In this document: piece by piece, positions 25,511-40,700 of the stretch
Layout: each line of letters opens with the position of its first letter
Numbering within the stretch: position 1 is the first letter of the stretch
Assembly: GCF_009914755.1 (NCBI RefSeq)
Contig: NC_060945.1
Source of the DNA: the human T2T-CHM13v2.0 reference genome, Homo sapiens
Direction: 5' to 3' (one strand)
Length of the DNA: 64,000 nucleotides
Notes under the pieces: model-generated
Seen by the model: the letters and a program-made list of their open reading frames with translations, nothing else
What the model was told of the DNA's origin: nothing
Database searches by the model: none
Made by a program: the position numbers and the translations under genes

Positions 25511-28500
25511 GATTCCTGAGAAACTCCTTTGTTATGTGTGCATTCATCTCACCAGTTTGAAATTTTCTTTTGATTGAGCAGTTTAGAAACAGTCTTTTTG
25601 TACAATCTACAAAGTGATATTTCTGAACGGTTTGATGCCTATGGTGAAAAAGAAATATCTTCACATAAAAACTAGACAGAAGCATTATGATAACCTAATT
25701 TATTATGTGTGCATTCGTCTCACAGAGTTGAACATTTCTTTTCATTTAGCAGTTCGAAAACTGTCTTTGTAGAATCTGCAATGGGGTATTTGTGAGATCT
25801 TTGAGGCCCATGGTGATATAGGAAATATCTTCACAAAAAAAGTAGAGAGAAGCATTATGAGAAACTTCTTCGTGATGTGTACTTTCTTTTCACAGATTCG
25901 AATCTTTCTTTTAATTGAACAGTTGGAAACTCTCTTTTTGTAGAGTTTGCAAAAGGATATTTGGAGTGCTTTGAGGCCTATGGTGAAAAAGGAAATATTT
26001 TCACTTAAAAACTAAACAGAAGCTTTCTGAAAAACTTCTCTGTGATGTGAGTATTCATGTCACAGTGTTGAACCTTTGTTTTCATTGAGCAGTTTGGAAA
26101 CCATCTTTTTGTACAATCTGCAAAGGAATATTTCTGAGCAGTTTGAGGCCTATGGTGAAAAACAAATATCTTAACACAGAAACTAGACAGAGGCATTCTG
26201 AGAAACTTCTTATTCACATGTGCATTCATCTCCCAGAGATGAATCTTTCTTTTCATTGAGAAATTCGGAAACAATCTTTTGTAGAATTTGCAAAAGGATA
26301 TATGTGAGCCCACTGAGGCCCATGGTGAAATGGGAAATATCTTCACAGAAAAACTATACAGAAGCATACCGAGAAACTTCTTTGTGATGTTTGCATTCAT
26401 CTCACAGAGTTGAAATTTTCTTTTGATTGAGCAGTTTGGAAAAACTCTTTTTGAAGTATCTGCAAATGGATATTTGGAGCACTTTGTGGCTTGTGGTGAA
26501 AAACTAAATATCTTCACATAAAATCTAGTGAGAAACTTTCTGAAGAACTTCTTTGTGATGTGTGTTTTCATCTCACAGAGTTGAAAATTTCTTTTGATTG
26601 AGCAGTTTGGAAACACTATTTTGTAGAATCTGCAAATTGATATTTGGATTTCTTTGAGGCCTATCGTTAGAAGGGAAATATCTTCACATAAAAACTAGAC
26701 AGAAGATTTCTGAGAAACTTCTTTGTGATGTGTGCTTTCATCTCACAGACTTGAACTGTTCTTTTGATTGAGCAGTTAGGAAAAATTCTTTATCTACAAT
26801 CTGCAAAGGGATATTTCTGATTCCTATGGTGAAAAAGAAATATCCTCCCATAAAAATTAGACAGAAACATTCTGAGAAACTTCTTTGTGATGTGTGCTTT
26901 CATCTCACAGGTTTGAGCCTTTCTTTTGATTGAACACTTTGGAAACAGTCTTTTTGTACAATGTACAAAGGGATATTTCTGAATGGTTTGATGCCTATGG
27001 TGAAAAAGAAATATCTTCACAAAAAAACTAGACAGAAGCATTCTGAGTAACTTCTTTTTTATGTCTGCATTCGTCTCACAGAGTTGAACCTTTCTTTGCA
27101 TGGAGCAGTTCGAAAACAGTCTTTTTGTAGAGTCTGCAAAGGGATATTTGTGAGCTCTTTGAGGCGTATGGTGAAATATGAAATATCTTCACATAAAAAC
27201 CAGACAGAAGCATTATGAGGAACTTCTTTGTGATGTGTGGTTTCATCTCACAGAGTTGAACTTTTCTTTGCATTTGACAGTTTAGAAACAGTCTTTTTGT
27301 ACAATATGCAAAGGGATGTTTTTGAACGGTTTGAGGCCTATGGTGAAAAATAATTATGTCAGATAAAAACCAGACAGAAGCATTCTGAGAAACTTCTTTT
27401 TCATGTGTGCATTTATCTCACAGAATTGAACCTTTCTTTTCATGTAGCTGTTTGGAAACAGTCTTTTTGTAGAATCTGCAAATGGATATTTGGAGCACTT
27501 TGAGGCCTGTGGTGAAAAAGGAAATATCTTCACATAAAAACTAGACAGAAGCATTCTGAAAAACTTCTTTGGATGGGTGCATTCATTTCACAGAGATGAA
27601 GCATTCCTTTGATTGAACAGTTTTCAAGTAGTCTTTTTGTAGTATCTGCAGAGGGATATTTGGGAGCCATTTAAGGCCTATGGTGAAAAAGGAAATATCT
27701 TCACATAAAAACTAGACAGAGGCATTCTGAGAAACTTCTTTATGATATGCGCATTCATCTCACAGAGTTGAACCTGTCTTTTCATTGAGCAATTTGGAAA
27801 CAGTGTTTTTGTACAATCTGCAAAGGGATATTTCTTAGCTGTTTGAGGCCTCTGGTGAAAAAGTCATATCTTCACATAAAAACTAGGCAGAAGCCTTCTG
27901 AGAAACTTCTTTGTGATATGTCCATTCATCTCACAGAGTTGAAACTTTGTTTTGATTGAGTTGTTTGGAAACAGGCTTTTTGTAGAGTCTGCAAAGGGAT
28001 ATTTGGAAGACCTTTATGGCTTATGATGAAATAGGAAATATCTTCACATAAAAACTAGAAAAATATTCTGAGAAACTTCTTTGTGATGTGTGCTTTCATC
28101 TCACAGAGTTGAAACTTTCTTCTGATTGAGCAGTTTGGAAAGAGGCCTTTTGTAGTATCTGAAAAGAGATATTTTTGAGCCCATTGAGGCCTATGCTGAA
28201 AGAGGAAATATCTTCACATATAAGCTAGATAAAAACTTTCTGAGAAAATTCTTTGTGATGTGTGTTTTCATCTCACAAAGTAGAATCTTTCTTTTCATTG
28301 AGCAGTTTAGAAGCAGTCTTTTTGTAACAGCTGCATAGGGATATTTCTGAGTGGTTTGAGGCCTATGGTGACAAAGAAATATCTTCACATAAAACTAGAC
28401 AGAAGCATTCTGAGAAACTTCTTTTTTAGGTGTGAATTCATCTCACAGAGTTGAAACTTACTTTTCATTGAGCAGTTCTGTAACAGTCTTTTTGTAGAAT

Positions 28501-28781
28501 CTGCAAAAGGATATTTGTGAGCCCCTTGAGGCCCATGGTGTAACAGGAAATACCTTCACTTAAAAACTAGACAGAAGCATTCTGAGTAACTTCTTTGTGA
28601 TTTGTGATTTCATCTCACAGAGTTGAACCTTTCTTTTGATTGAGCAGTTTGGAAAACCTCTTTTTGCACAATCTGCAAAAGATATTTGGTGCACTTTGTG
28701 GACTATGGTGAAAAAGGAAATATCTTCATATAAAAACTAGAAAGAAACTTTCTGAGAAACTTCTTTGTGATGTGCACTTTC
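25509..28781 (+). repeat. Alpha satellite, divergent monomeric, forward orientation (segment 3)
   Basis: ~19 monomers of the same family as segment 2. Confidence 0.97.
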
Positions 28782-30354
<1,573 letters not shown>

Positions 30355-30355
30355 C

Positions 30356-32223
30356 CTGAGAAACTTCTTTGTGATGTGTGCATTCATCTCACAGAGTTGA
30401 ACCTTTCTTTTGATTGGGCAGTTTGGAAACAGTCTTTTTGTAGAATCTGCAAAGTGATATGTTTCAGTGGTTTGAATCCAATGGTGAAAAAGGAAATATC
30501 GAAAAATAAAATGTAGACAGCAGCTTTCTGAAGAACTTCTTTGTGATGTGTGCATTCATCTCACAGGGTTGAATTTCTTTCAATTCACCAGTTTGGAAAC
30601 AGTCTTTTTGTAGAACCTGCAAAGTGATATTGGTGAACGCTTTGATGCTTATGGTGCAAAAGGAAATATCTTCATATAAAAACTAGACTCATGTTTTCTG
30701 GGAAACTTCTTTGTGATGGGTGTATGCATCTCAAAGACTTGAATCTTTCTTTTGATTGAGCAGTTTGGAAACAGTCTTTTTGGAGAATCTGTAAATGGAT
30801 GTTTTTGAGTGGTTTGAGGCATGTGATGAAAAAGGAAATATCTTCATATAAAAACTAGACAGAAGCATTCTGAGAAACCACTTTGCGATGCATGCATTCA
30901 TCTCACAGAGTTTAATTTTCTTTCATTGAGCAGATAGGAAACAGTCTTTTTGTAGAATAAGCAAAGCGATATTTGTGAGCTTTCTGAGGCCTATTGTGAA
31001 AAAGGAAATATCCACAAATAAAATCTAGACAGAATCCTTCTGAGAAACTTCGTAGTGATGTGTGCATTCATCACACAGAATTGAACCTTTCTTTTGATTG
31101 AGCAGTTTGGAAACAGTCTTTTCATAGAATCTGCAAAGGAAAATTTGGGAACACTTTCAGGCTTATGGTGAAAAAAAGTGTCTTCACATAAAAACTATAC
31201 AGAAACATTCTGAGAAACTTCTTTTTGATGTGTGCATTCATCTCACACAGCTGAACTTTCATTTGAGTGAGCAGTTTGGAAACAGTCCTATTGTAGAATC
31301 TGCAAAGGGTTATTTATGAGCTGTTTGAGGCCTATGGTGAAAAAGGGAGTATCGACAAATAAAAACTAGACAGAAACTTTCTGAGAAACTTCTCTCTGAT
31401 ATGTGCATTCATCTCACAGAGTAGAAGCTTTCTTTGATTGAGCCGTTTGGAAACAGTCTTTTTGTAGAATCTGCAAAGGGTTATATATAGGCGGTTTCAG
31501 GTCTATGGTGAAAAAGGAAATATCTTCACATAAAAACTAGACAGAAGCTTTCTGAGAAAATTCTTTGAGATGTGCACATTCATCTCACAGATTTGAAGTA
31601 TTCTTTTCCTTGACCAGTTTGGATAGAGTCTTTTTGTAGAATCTGCTTTGCGATATATGTGAGCCCTTTGAAGCCTATGGTGAAAAAAGTAATATCTTCA
31701 CACAAAAACTAGACAGAAGCTTTCTGAGAAACTTCTTTGTGATGTGTGCATTCATCCCAAAAGTTGAACCTGTCTTTGGATTGAGCAGTTTGGAAACAGT
31801 CCTTTGTAGAATGTACAAAGGGATATTTGGGATCCCTTTTTGGCCTATGGTGAAAAAGGAAATGTCTTCAGATAAAAACTAGACAGAAGCATTCTGAGAA
31901 ACTTCTTTGCGATGTGTGCATTCACCTCACAGAGTTGAAGCTTTCTTTTGATTGAGTAGTTTGGAAACAGTCTTTTTGTAGAATCTGAAAAGGGTTATTT
32001 ATGAGTGGTTTGAGGTCTATGGTGAAAAAGGGAGTATCAACAAATAAAAAGTAGACAGAAACTTTCTGAGAAACTTCTCTGGATGTGTGCATTCATCTCA
32101 CAGAGTGGAAGCTTTCTTTGATTGAGCAGTTTTGTAACAGTCTTTTTGTAGAATTTGCAAAGGGATATATGTAGGCAGTTTGAGGTCTATGGTGAAAACG
32201 GAAATATCTTCACATAAAAACTA
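30356..32223 (+). repeat. Alpha satellite, divergent monomeric, forward orientation (segment 4)
   Basis: ~11 monomers; ends mid-monomer at ...cacataaaaacta. Confidence 0.96.
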
Positions 32224-35200
32224 ACTGCTTAATGGGAAGAAATTTTTACTTCTGTGTGATAAATGCACATGTCACAAATGAGTTACTCAGAAAACTTCTT
32301 TCTACTTTTAATATGAAGATATTTCCTTTTTCACCATATGCTTCAATGCACTCACAGATATCCCTTTGAAGATTCTACAAAAAGATTGTTTCCAAACTGC
32401 TCAATAAACAGAATGATTCAACCCTGTGAGACGAATGTGTACATCACAAAGAAGTTTCTCAGAAAACTTCCTTCTCAGTTTTATTTGAAGATATTTCCTT
32501 TTTGAACATAGGCCTCAATGCACTCCCAAATATACCTTTGCAGAGTCTACAAAAAGACTGTTTCCAAACTGCTCAATCAAAAGAAAGTTTCAACTCTGTT
32601 AGATGAATGCACTCATCAGAAAGTAGTTTCTCAGTAAGCTTCTCACTAGTTTTTATATGAAGATACTTCCTTTTTCAACATGGGTCTCAAAGCACTCAAA
32701 AATATCCCTTTGCAGACTCTAGAATAACAGAGTTTACAAACTGCTCAATGAAAAGAAATGTTTACATCTGTGAGATGAGTACACATATCTTAAAGCAGCT
32801 TCTCAGAATGCTTCTTTCTAGCTTTTATGTGAAGATATTTCCTTTTCCACCATAGGCCTCAACTTGCTCCTAAATATCCCTTTGCAGATTCTACAAAAAG
32901 ACTGTTTCCATACTGCTCAATCAAAAAAAAAAATGTTAAACTCTATGAGATAAATGCACACATCAAAAAAAGTTTCTCAGAAAACTTTTGTCTAGTTTTT
33001 ATGTGAATATATTTCCTTATTCATCATAAGCCTCAAAGCGCTACAAATATCCCTCTGCAGATTCTACAAAAAGACTGTTTGCAAACTGCTCAATCCAAAG
33101 AATATTTCACCTCTGTGTGATGAATGCACACATCCAAAGAAGTTTCTCAGAAACTTTCTTTATGGTTTTTCCCTGAAGATATTTCCTTTTTCAACATAGA
33201 CCTCAAAGACATCACAAATATCCCTTTGCAGATTCTACAAAAAGACTGTTTCCAAGCTGCTCAATAAAAAGAATTATTGAACACTGTCAGATGAATGCAC
33301 ACAGCTCAAAGAAGTTTCTCAGAATCCTTCAGTCTAGTTTTTATGTGAATATATTTCCTTTTTCACGATAGGCCTCAAAGTGCTCCAAATATCCGTTTGC
33401 AGAGTCTACAAAAAGACTGTTTCCAAACGGCTCAATCAAAACAAAGGTTCAACTCTGTGTGATGAATGCACACATCACGAAGTAGTTTCTCATAATGCTT
33501 CTGTCCAGTTTTTCACCGTAGGTCTCAAAGTGCTCACAAATATCTCTTTACAGATTCTACAAAAATACTTCTTCCAAATTGCTCAATCAAAAGAAAGGTT
33601 CAACTCTGTGAGATGTATGCACACCACAAAGAGGTTTCTCAGAAAGCTTCTCTCTAGTTTTTATGTGAAGATATTTCCTTTTTCACCATAGGCCTCAAAG
33701 CATTCACAAATATCCCTTTGCAGATTCTACAAAAAGACTCTTTACACATGGCTCAAACAAAAGAATGTTTCAACTCTGTGAGGTGAATGCTCACATCACG
33801 AGGATGTTTCTCAGAAAGCTTCTGTGTAGTTTTTATGTGAAGATATTTCCTTTTTCACCATACACCTCAAAGGGCTCACAAATATCCCTTTGCAGATCTT
33901 ACAAGAAAAGAGTTTCCAATCTTCTCAATGAAAAGAAACAGACACATCTGGGAGATGAATGTACATATCACAAAGCAGTTTCTGAGAAACATTCTGTCTA
34001 GTTTTTATGTGAAGGTATCTCCTTTTCCACCACAGGATGTAAAGCACTCAAAATTGTCCCTTTGCAGATTCTACAAAAAGATTGTTTCCACACTGCTCAT
34101 CAAAAGAAAGGTTCAACTCTGTGAGATGAATGCACATGTCAAAAAGTGGTTTCTCAGAAATCTTCTATTAATTTTTTATGTGAATGTTTCCTTTTTCCCC
34201 ATGAGCCTCAAGGTGCTCAGAAGTATCCACTTGAAGAATATTTAAAAAGACTGTTTCCAAACTGCTCAATCAAAAGAAAAGTTGAACTGTGTGAGATGAC
34301 TGCACACATCACAAAGAAGTTTCTCAGAAACCTTCTTTATAGTTTTTCTGTGAAGATATTTCCTTTTTCACCATAGGCCTCAAAGCCCTCACAAATATCT
34401 CTTTGCAGATTCTACAAAAAGATTGTTCCAAATCGCTCAATAAAAAGAATTATTGAACTTTGTGAGATGAATGCACACATCTCAAAGAAGTTTCTCACAA
34501 ACTTTCAGTCTGATTTTTATGTGAATGTATTTCATTTTTCACCATAGGCCTCAAAGTGCTCCAAATATCCATTTGCAGAGTCTACAAAAAGACTGTTTCC
34601 AAATGGCTCAATGAATAGAAAGTTTCAACTCTGAGATGAATCCACAAATCACTAAGAAGTTTTGCAGGAGGCTTCTGTCTAATTTTTATATGAAGACATT
34701 TCCTTTTTCACCATAGGCCTCCATCTGCTCACAATTATCCCTTAGCAGATTCTACAAGAACAGAATTTCCAGACTGATCAAACAAAACAAACGTTTTTCT
34801 CTGTGTGGTGAATGCACACATCACAAAACTGTTTCTCAGAAACCTTCTTTATACTTTTTATGTGATGATAATTCTTTTTTCTCCCTAGGACTCAAAGTGC
34901 TCAAAAATATCCCTTTGCAGATTCTACAAAAAGATTGTTTCCAAAGTGCTCAATCGAAAGAATAGTTCAACTCTGTGAGATGAATGTGTACATCACAGAG
35001 AAGTTTCTCAGAAACCTTCTTTTTAGTTTTTATGTGAAGATATTTCCTTTTCCACCACAGGCTTCAAAGTGCTCAGGAATATCCCTTTGTAGATTCTGCA
35101 AAAAGACTGCTTCCCAACTGCTCAATCAAATAAATGGTTGAACTTTGTGAGATGGATGCACACATCTCAAAGAGGTTTCTCAGAAATCTTCTGTCCATTT

Positions 35201-37780
35201 TTTATGTGAAGATATTTCCTTTTTCACCATAGCACTACAAGTCGTGACAAGTATCCCTTGCAGATTCTATAAAAACACTGTTTCCAGACTGCTCAATCAA
35301 AAGAATGGTTCAACTCTGTGAGATGATTGCACACATCACAAAGAAGCCACTAAGAAAGCTTCTGTCTAGTTTTTATGTGAAGATATTTCCTTTTTCACCA
35401 TAGGCCTCAAAGCACTCACAAATATCCCTTTGCAGATTCTACAAGAACAGTTTCCTAACTGATCACAGAAAATAAATGTTTACCTCTCTGAGATCAATGC
35501 ACACACCACAAAGCTGTTTCTAAGAAACCTTCTTTATACCTTTTATATGAATATATTTCCTTTTTCACCATTGGCCTCAAAGCTCTCATAAATATCCCTT
35601 TGCAGATTCCACAAACAGACGGTTTCCATACTGCTCAATCAAAAGTAAGTTTCAACTTTGTGAGATGAATGCCCACATCACAAAGAGGTTTCTCAGAAAG
35701 CCTCTCTCTAATTTTTATGTGAAGATATTTCCTTTTTCACCATAGGCCTCAAAGCACTCACAATTATCCCTTTGCAGAATCTACAAGAACAGTTTCCAGA
35801 CAGATCAGAGAAAAGAAACGTTTACTTCTGTGAGATGAATGCATAAATCATAAAGCTGTTTCTGAGAAACCTTGTTTATACTTTTTATGTGAATACATTT
35901 CCTTTTTAACCATAGGCCTCAAAGCACTCATAAATATCCCTTTGCAGATTCTACAAAAAGAGTGTTTCCAAACTGTTCAATCAAAAGAATGGTTGAACTC
36001 TACGAGATGAATGCACACATCACAAAGAAGTTTCTCGGAAAGTTTCTGTCTAGTTTTTATGTGAAGATATTTCCTATTTCATCATAGGCCTCATACCACT
36101 CAAAAATATGCCCTTACAGATTCTACAAAAATACTGTTTCCAAATTGCTCAATCCAAAGAAAGTTTCAAATCTGTGAGATGAATGCACACATCACAAGGA
36201 GGTTTCTCAGAAAGCTTCTCTCTAGTTTTCATGTGAAAATATTTCGTTTTCACCATAGGCTTCAAAGCATCACAAATATCCATTTGCAGATTCTACCAAA
36301 ATACTGTTTACAAACTGCCCAATCAAAAGTATGTTTCAACTCTGTGAGATGAATTCTCGCATCTCCAAGATGTTTCACAGAAAGCTTCCGTCTAGTTTTT
36401 ATGTGAAGATAATTCCTTTTTCACCATAGGCCTCAAAGTGCTGACAAATATCCCTTTGCAGATTTTACAAGAACAGAATTTCCAATCTGTTCATTGAAAA
36501 GAAATGGTTACTTCTGTGAGATGAAAGCAAACATCACAAGGCAGTTTCTCAGAAATATTCTGTCTAGTTTTTATTTAAAAATAATTCCTTTTCCAACATA
36601 GGACACAAAACACTAACTAATAACCCTTTGGAAATTCTACCAAATACTGCTTCCAAAATGCTCATCAAAAGAAAGGTTCACCTCTGTGGGATAAATGCAA
36701 ATATCAAAAAGATGATTCTCAGAAAGCATCTATCTTGTTTTTATGTGAAAGTGTTTCCTTTTTCACCATGGGCCTCAAAGTGCTCAAAAATATCCCTTTG
36801 CAGATCCTAAAAAAAGACTGTTTCCAAACCGGTGAGTCAAAGGAATGGTTCAACTCTGTGAGATGAATGCACACATCATAAAGAAGTTTCTCACAAACCT
36901 TCTTTATAGTTTTTATGTGAAGATATTTCCTTTTAACCATAGACCTCAAAGTGCTCACAAATATCCCTTTGCAGATTCTACAAAAAGGTGGTTTCCCAAC
37001 TGCTCCATCAAAAGAATTGTTGAACTCTGTGAGATGAATGCATACATCACAAAGCAGTTTCTCAGAAATCTTTAGTCTAGTTTTTTTGTGAAGATAATTT
37101 CTCTTTCACCATAGGCCTCAAAGTGATCAGAAATATCCCTTTACAGATTCTACAAAAAGACGTTTCTAAACTGCTTAATCAAAAGAAAGTTTCATTTCTG
37201 TGAGATGAATGCACATATCACCAAGAAGTTTCTCACTAGGCTTCTGTCTAGTTTTTATGTGAAGACAATATCTTTTTCACAATAGGGCTCTAGGCACTCA
37301 AAAATATCCCTTAGCAGATCCTACAAGAACAGAGTTTCCCAACTGATCAAAGAAAAGAATTGTTTACCTCTGTGAGATGAATGCAGACATCAAAAAACAG
37401 TTTCTCAGAAACCTTCTTTATAGTTTTCTGTGAAGATACTTCTTTTCCTGCATAGGCCTCAAAGTGCTCACAAATATCCGTTTGCAGATTCTTCAAAAAG
37501 ACTGTTTCCAAAGGGCTAAATTAAAAGAGACATTCAAATCTGTGAGATGAATGCACATATCACAAAGAAGTATCTTGGAAACTTTCTGCATACTTTGAAT
37601 GTGAAGATATTTCCTTTGTCACAATAGGCCTCAAAGTGCTCAAAAATACCCCCTTTGAGATTGTACAAGAACACAGTTTCCAGACTGATAGGAGAAAAAA
37701 AACACTTACCTCTGTGAGATGAATGCACACATCACAAGGTTGTTTTTAGAAAACCTGCTTTATAGTTCTTATGTGAAGAT
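32224..37780 (-). repeat. Alpha satellite, reverse orientation, mostly 172-bp-type layer
   Basis: + strand reads gaagatatttcctttttcaccataggcctcaaagc/tgctcacaaatatccctttgcagattctacaaaaagactgtttccaaactgctc. The right boundary is approximate. Confidence 0.93.
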
Positions 37781-40700
37781 ATGTCCTTTTCCACCATAGG
37801 ATTCACCGCGCTCCAAATATCCAATGGCAGACTCTACAAAAAGAGTGTTTCCAAACTGCTCAACAAAAAGTTAGTTCATCTCTGTGAGATGAATGCACAC
37901 AACACAAAGAAGTTTCTCAGAATGCTTCTGTCTAGTTTTCATTGCAGATATTTCCTTTTCCACCATAGGCATCAAAGCACTCTAAATATCCACTTGCAGA
38001 TTCTACAAAAAGAGTGTTTCAAAACTGCTCAATCAAAAGAAAGTTTCAACTCTGTGAGCTGAAAGCACACATCACAAAGAAGTTTCTCAAAATGATTCCC
38101 TGTAGTTTTCATGTGAAGATATTTCCTTTTCCACAAGAGGCCGCAAAGCGATCCAAATATCCAATTGCAGATTCTACAAAAAGTGTGTTTCAAAACTGCC
38201 CAATCAGAATAAAGTTTGAACTCTGTGAGTAGAATACACGCATCACAAAGAACTTTCTCAGAATGCTTCTGGCTAGTTTTTAAGGGAAGATATATTCTTT
38301 TGCACTGTATGTCTCAAAGAGATCCAAATATCCACTTGCAGATTCTACAAAAAGAGTGTTTCAAAACTGCTCAATGAAAAGAATGGTTCAACTCTGTGAG
38401 ATGAATGCACACATCACAAAGAAGTTTCTCTGAATGCTTCTGTCTAGTTTTTATGTGCAGATATTTCCTTTTCCACTATAGGCCTCAAAGCTGTCCAAAT
38501 ACAAATTTGAAGATGGTACGAAAAGAATGTATCCAAACTGCTCAATAAAAAGACATGTTCAACTCGGTGAGTTGAATGCACACATCACAGAAAAGTTTCT
38601 CAGAATGCTTCTGTCTAGTTTTTATGTGAAGATATTTCCTTTTCCACCATAGGCCTCAAAGCGCTCTAAATATCCAACTGCTGATTCTACGAAAAGAGTG
38701 CTTCAAAACTGCTCAATCAAAAGAAATGTTCAACTCTGTGAGTTGAATGTACACATCACAAAGAAGTATCTTAGAATGATTCTGTCTAGTTCTTATGTGA
38801 AGATATTTCCTTTTCTATCATGGCTTCAAAGTGCTCCACATATCCACTTGCAGACTCTACAAAAAGAGTGTTTCAAAACTGCTCAATCAAAAGAAAGGTT
38901 CAACTCTGTGAGATGAATGCACACATCATGAAGAAATTTCTCAGAATGCTTCTGTCTAGATTTTATGTGAAGATATTTCCTTTTCCACCAGAGGCCATAC
39001 AGCGCTCCAAATATTCACTTGCAGATTCTACAGAAAGAGTGTTTCAGAACTGCTCAATCAAAAGAAAGGTTCAACTCTGTGAGTTGAATGCACACAACAC
39101 AAAGAACTTTGTCAGAATGCTTCTCTGTAGTTTTTACGTGAAGATGTTTGCTTTTCCACCATAAGCATCAAAGCGGTCCAAATATCCACTTGCACACTCT
39201 ATAAAAAGAGTGTTTCAAAACTGCTCAATCAAAAGAAAGTTTCAGCTCAGTGAGATGAAGGCACACATCACAAAGAAGTTTCTCAGTATACTTCTGTCTA
39301 GTCTTTATGTGAAGACATTTCCTTTTTCACAATAGGCCTCAAAGAGGTCCAAATATCCACTTGCAGATTCTACACAAAGAGTGTTTCAAAACTGTTAAGT
39401 CAAAAGAATGGATCAAGACAGTGATATGAATGCACACACCACAAAGAAGTTTTTCAGAATGCTTCTCTCTAGTTTTTAGGTGAAGATATTTCCTTTTACA
39501 CCATAGACCTCAAACCGCTCCAGGTATCCCTTTGCAGATACTACAAAAAGAGTGTTTCAAAACTGCTCAATCAAAAGAAAGATTCAACTCTGTGAGATGA
39601 ATGCACACATCAAGAAGAAGTTTCTCAGAATGCTTCCAACAAATATTTATGTGAAGATATTTCCTTTTCCACTATCGACCTCAAAGTGCTCCCAGTATCC
39701 ACTTGCAGATTCTACAAAAAGAGTGTTTCCAAACTGCTCAATCAAAAGAAAGCTTCAACTCTGAGAGATGAATGCACACATCACAAAGAAATGTCTCAGA
39801 ATGCTTCTGTCTAGTTTTTATGTGAAGATATTGCCTTTTTCATTTAAGGCCACATAGCGCTCCAAATACCCAATTGCAGGTTCTACAAAAGGAGTCTTTC
39901 AAAACTGCTCTATCAAAAGAAGGGTTACATTCTGTGAGTTGAATGCACACGTCACAAAGAAGTTTCTCAGAATGCTTCTGTCTACGATTTATGTGAAGAT
40001 ATTTCCTTTTCCACTATAGGCCTCAAAGCGCTGCAAATATCCACTGGCAGATTCTACAAAAAGAGTGTTTCAAAACTGCTCAATCAAAAGAAAGGTTGAA
40101 CACTGTGAGTTGAATGCACACATCACAAATAAGTTTCTCAGAATGCTTCTCTGTAGTTTTTATGTGAAGATATTTCCTTTTCCACCATAGGCCTCAAAGT
40201 GCTCCCAATATCCATTTGCAGATTCTACAAAAAGAGACATTCAAAACTACTAAATCAAAAGAATGGTTCAACTCTGTGAGATGAATGCACACAAAACAAA
40301 GAAGTAGCTGAGAATGCTTCTCTTTAGTTTTTATGTGAAGATATTTCCTTTTCCACCATAGGCCACAAAGTGCTCCTAATATCCACTTGCAGATTCTACA
40401 AAAAGAGTATTTCAAAACTACTCAATCAAAAGAATGGTTCAACTCTGTAAGATGAATGCACATATCACAAAGAAGTATCACAGAATGCTTCTGCCTAATT
40501 TTATTGTGAAAATATTTCATTTTCCACCATAGGCCTCAAAGCACTATGATTATCCACTTGTAGACTGTACAGAAAGAGCGTTTCAAAACTGGTCAATAAA
40601 AAGAAAACTTCAACTCTGTGAGATGAATGCACATATCACAAAGATGTTTCTCAGAATGCTTCTATCTAATTTTTATGTGAAGATATTTCCTTTTCCCCTG

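Noticed and set aside
30356-34100. Possible perfect palindrome or fold-back duplication centred on the inversion
   Set aside because: Private variants on the left (e.g. gggagtatc, gaagctttctttg) have no mirror-image counterparts on the right; the arms are only family-level similar.
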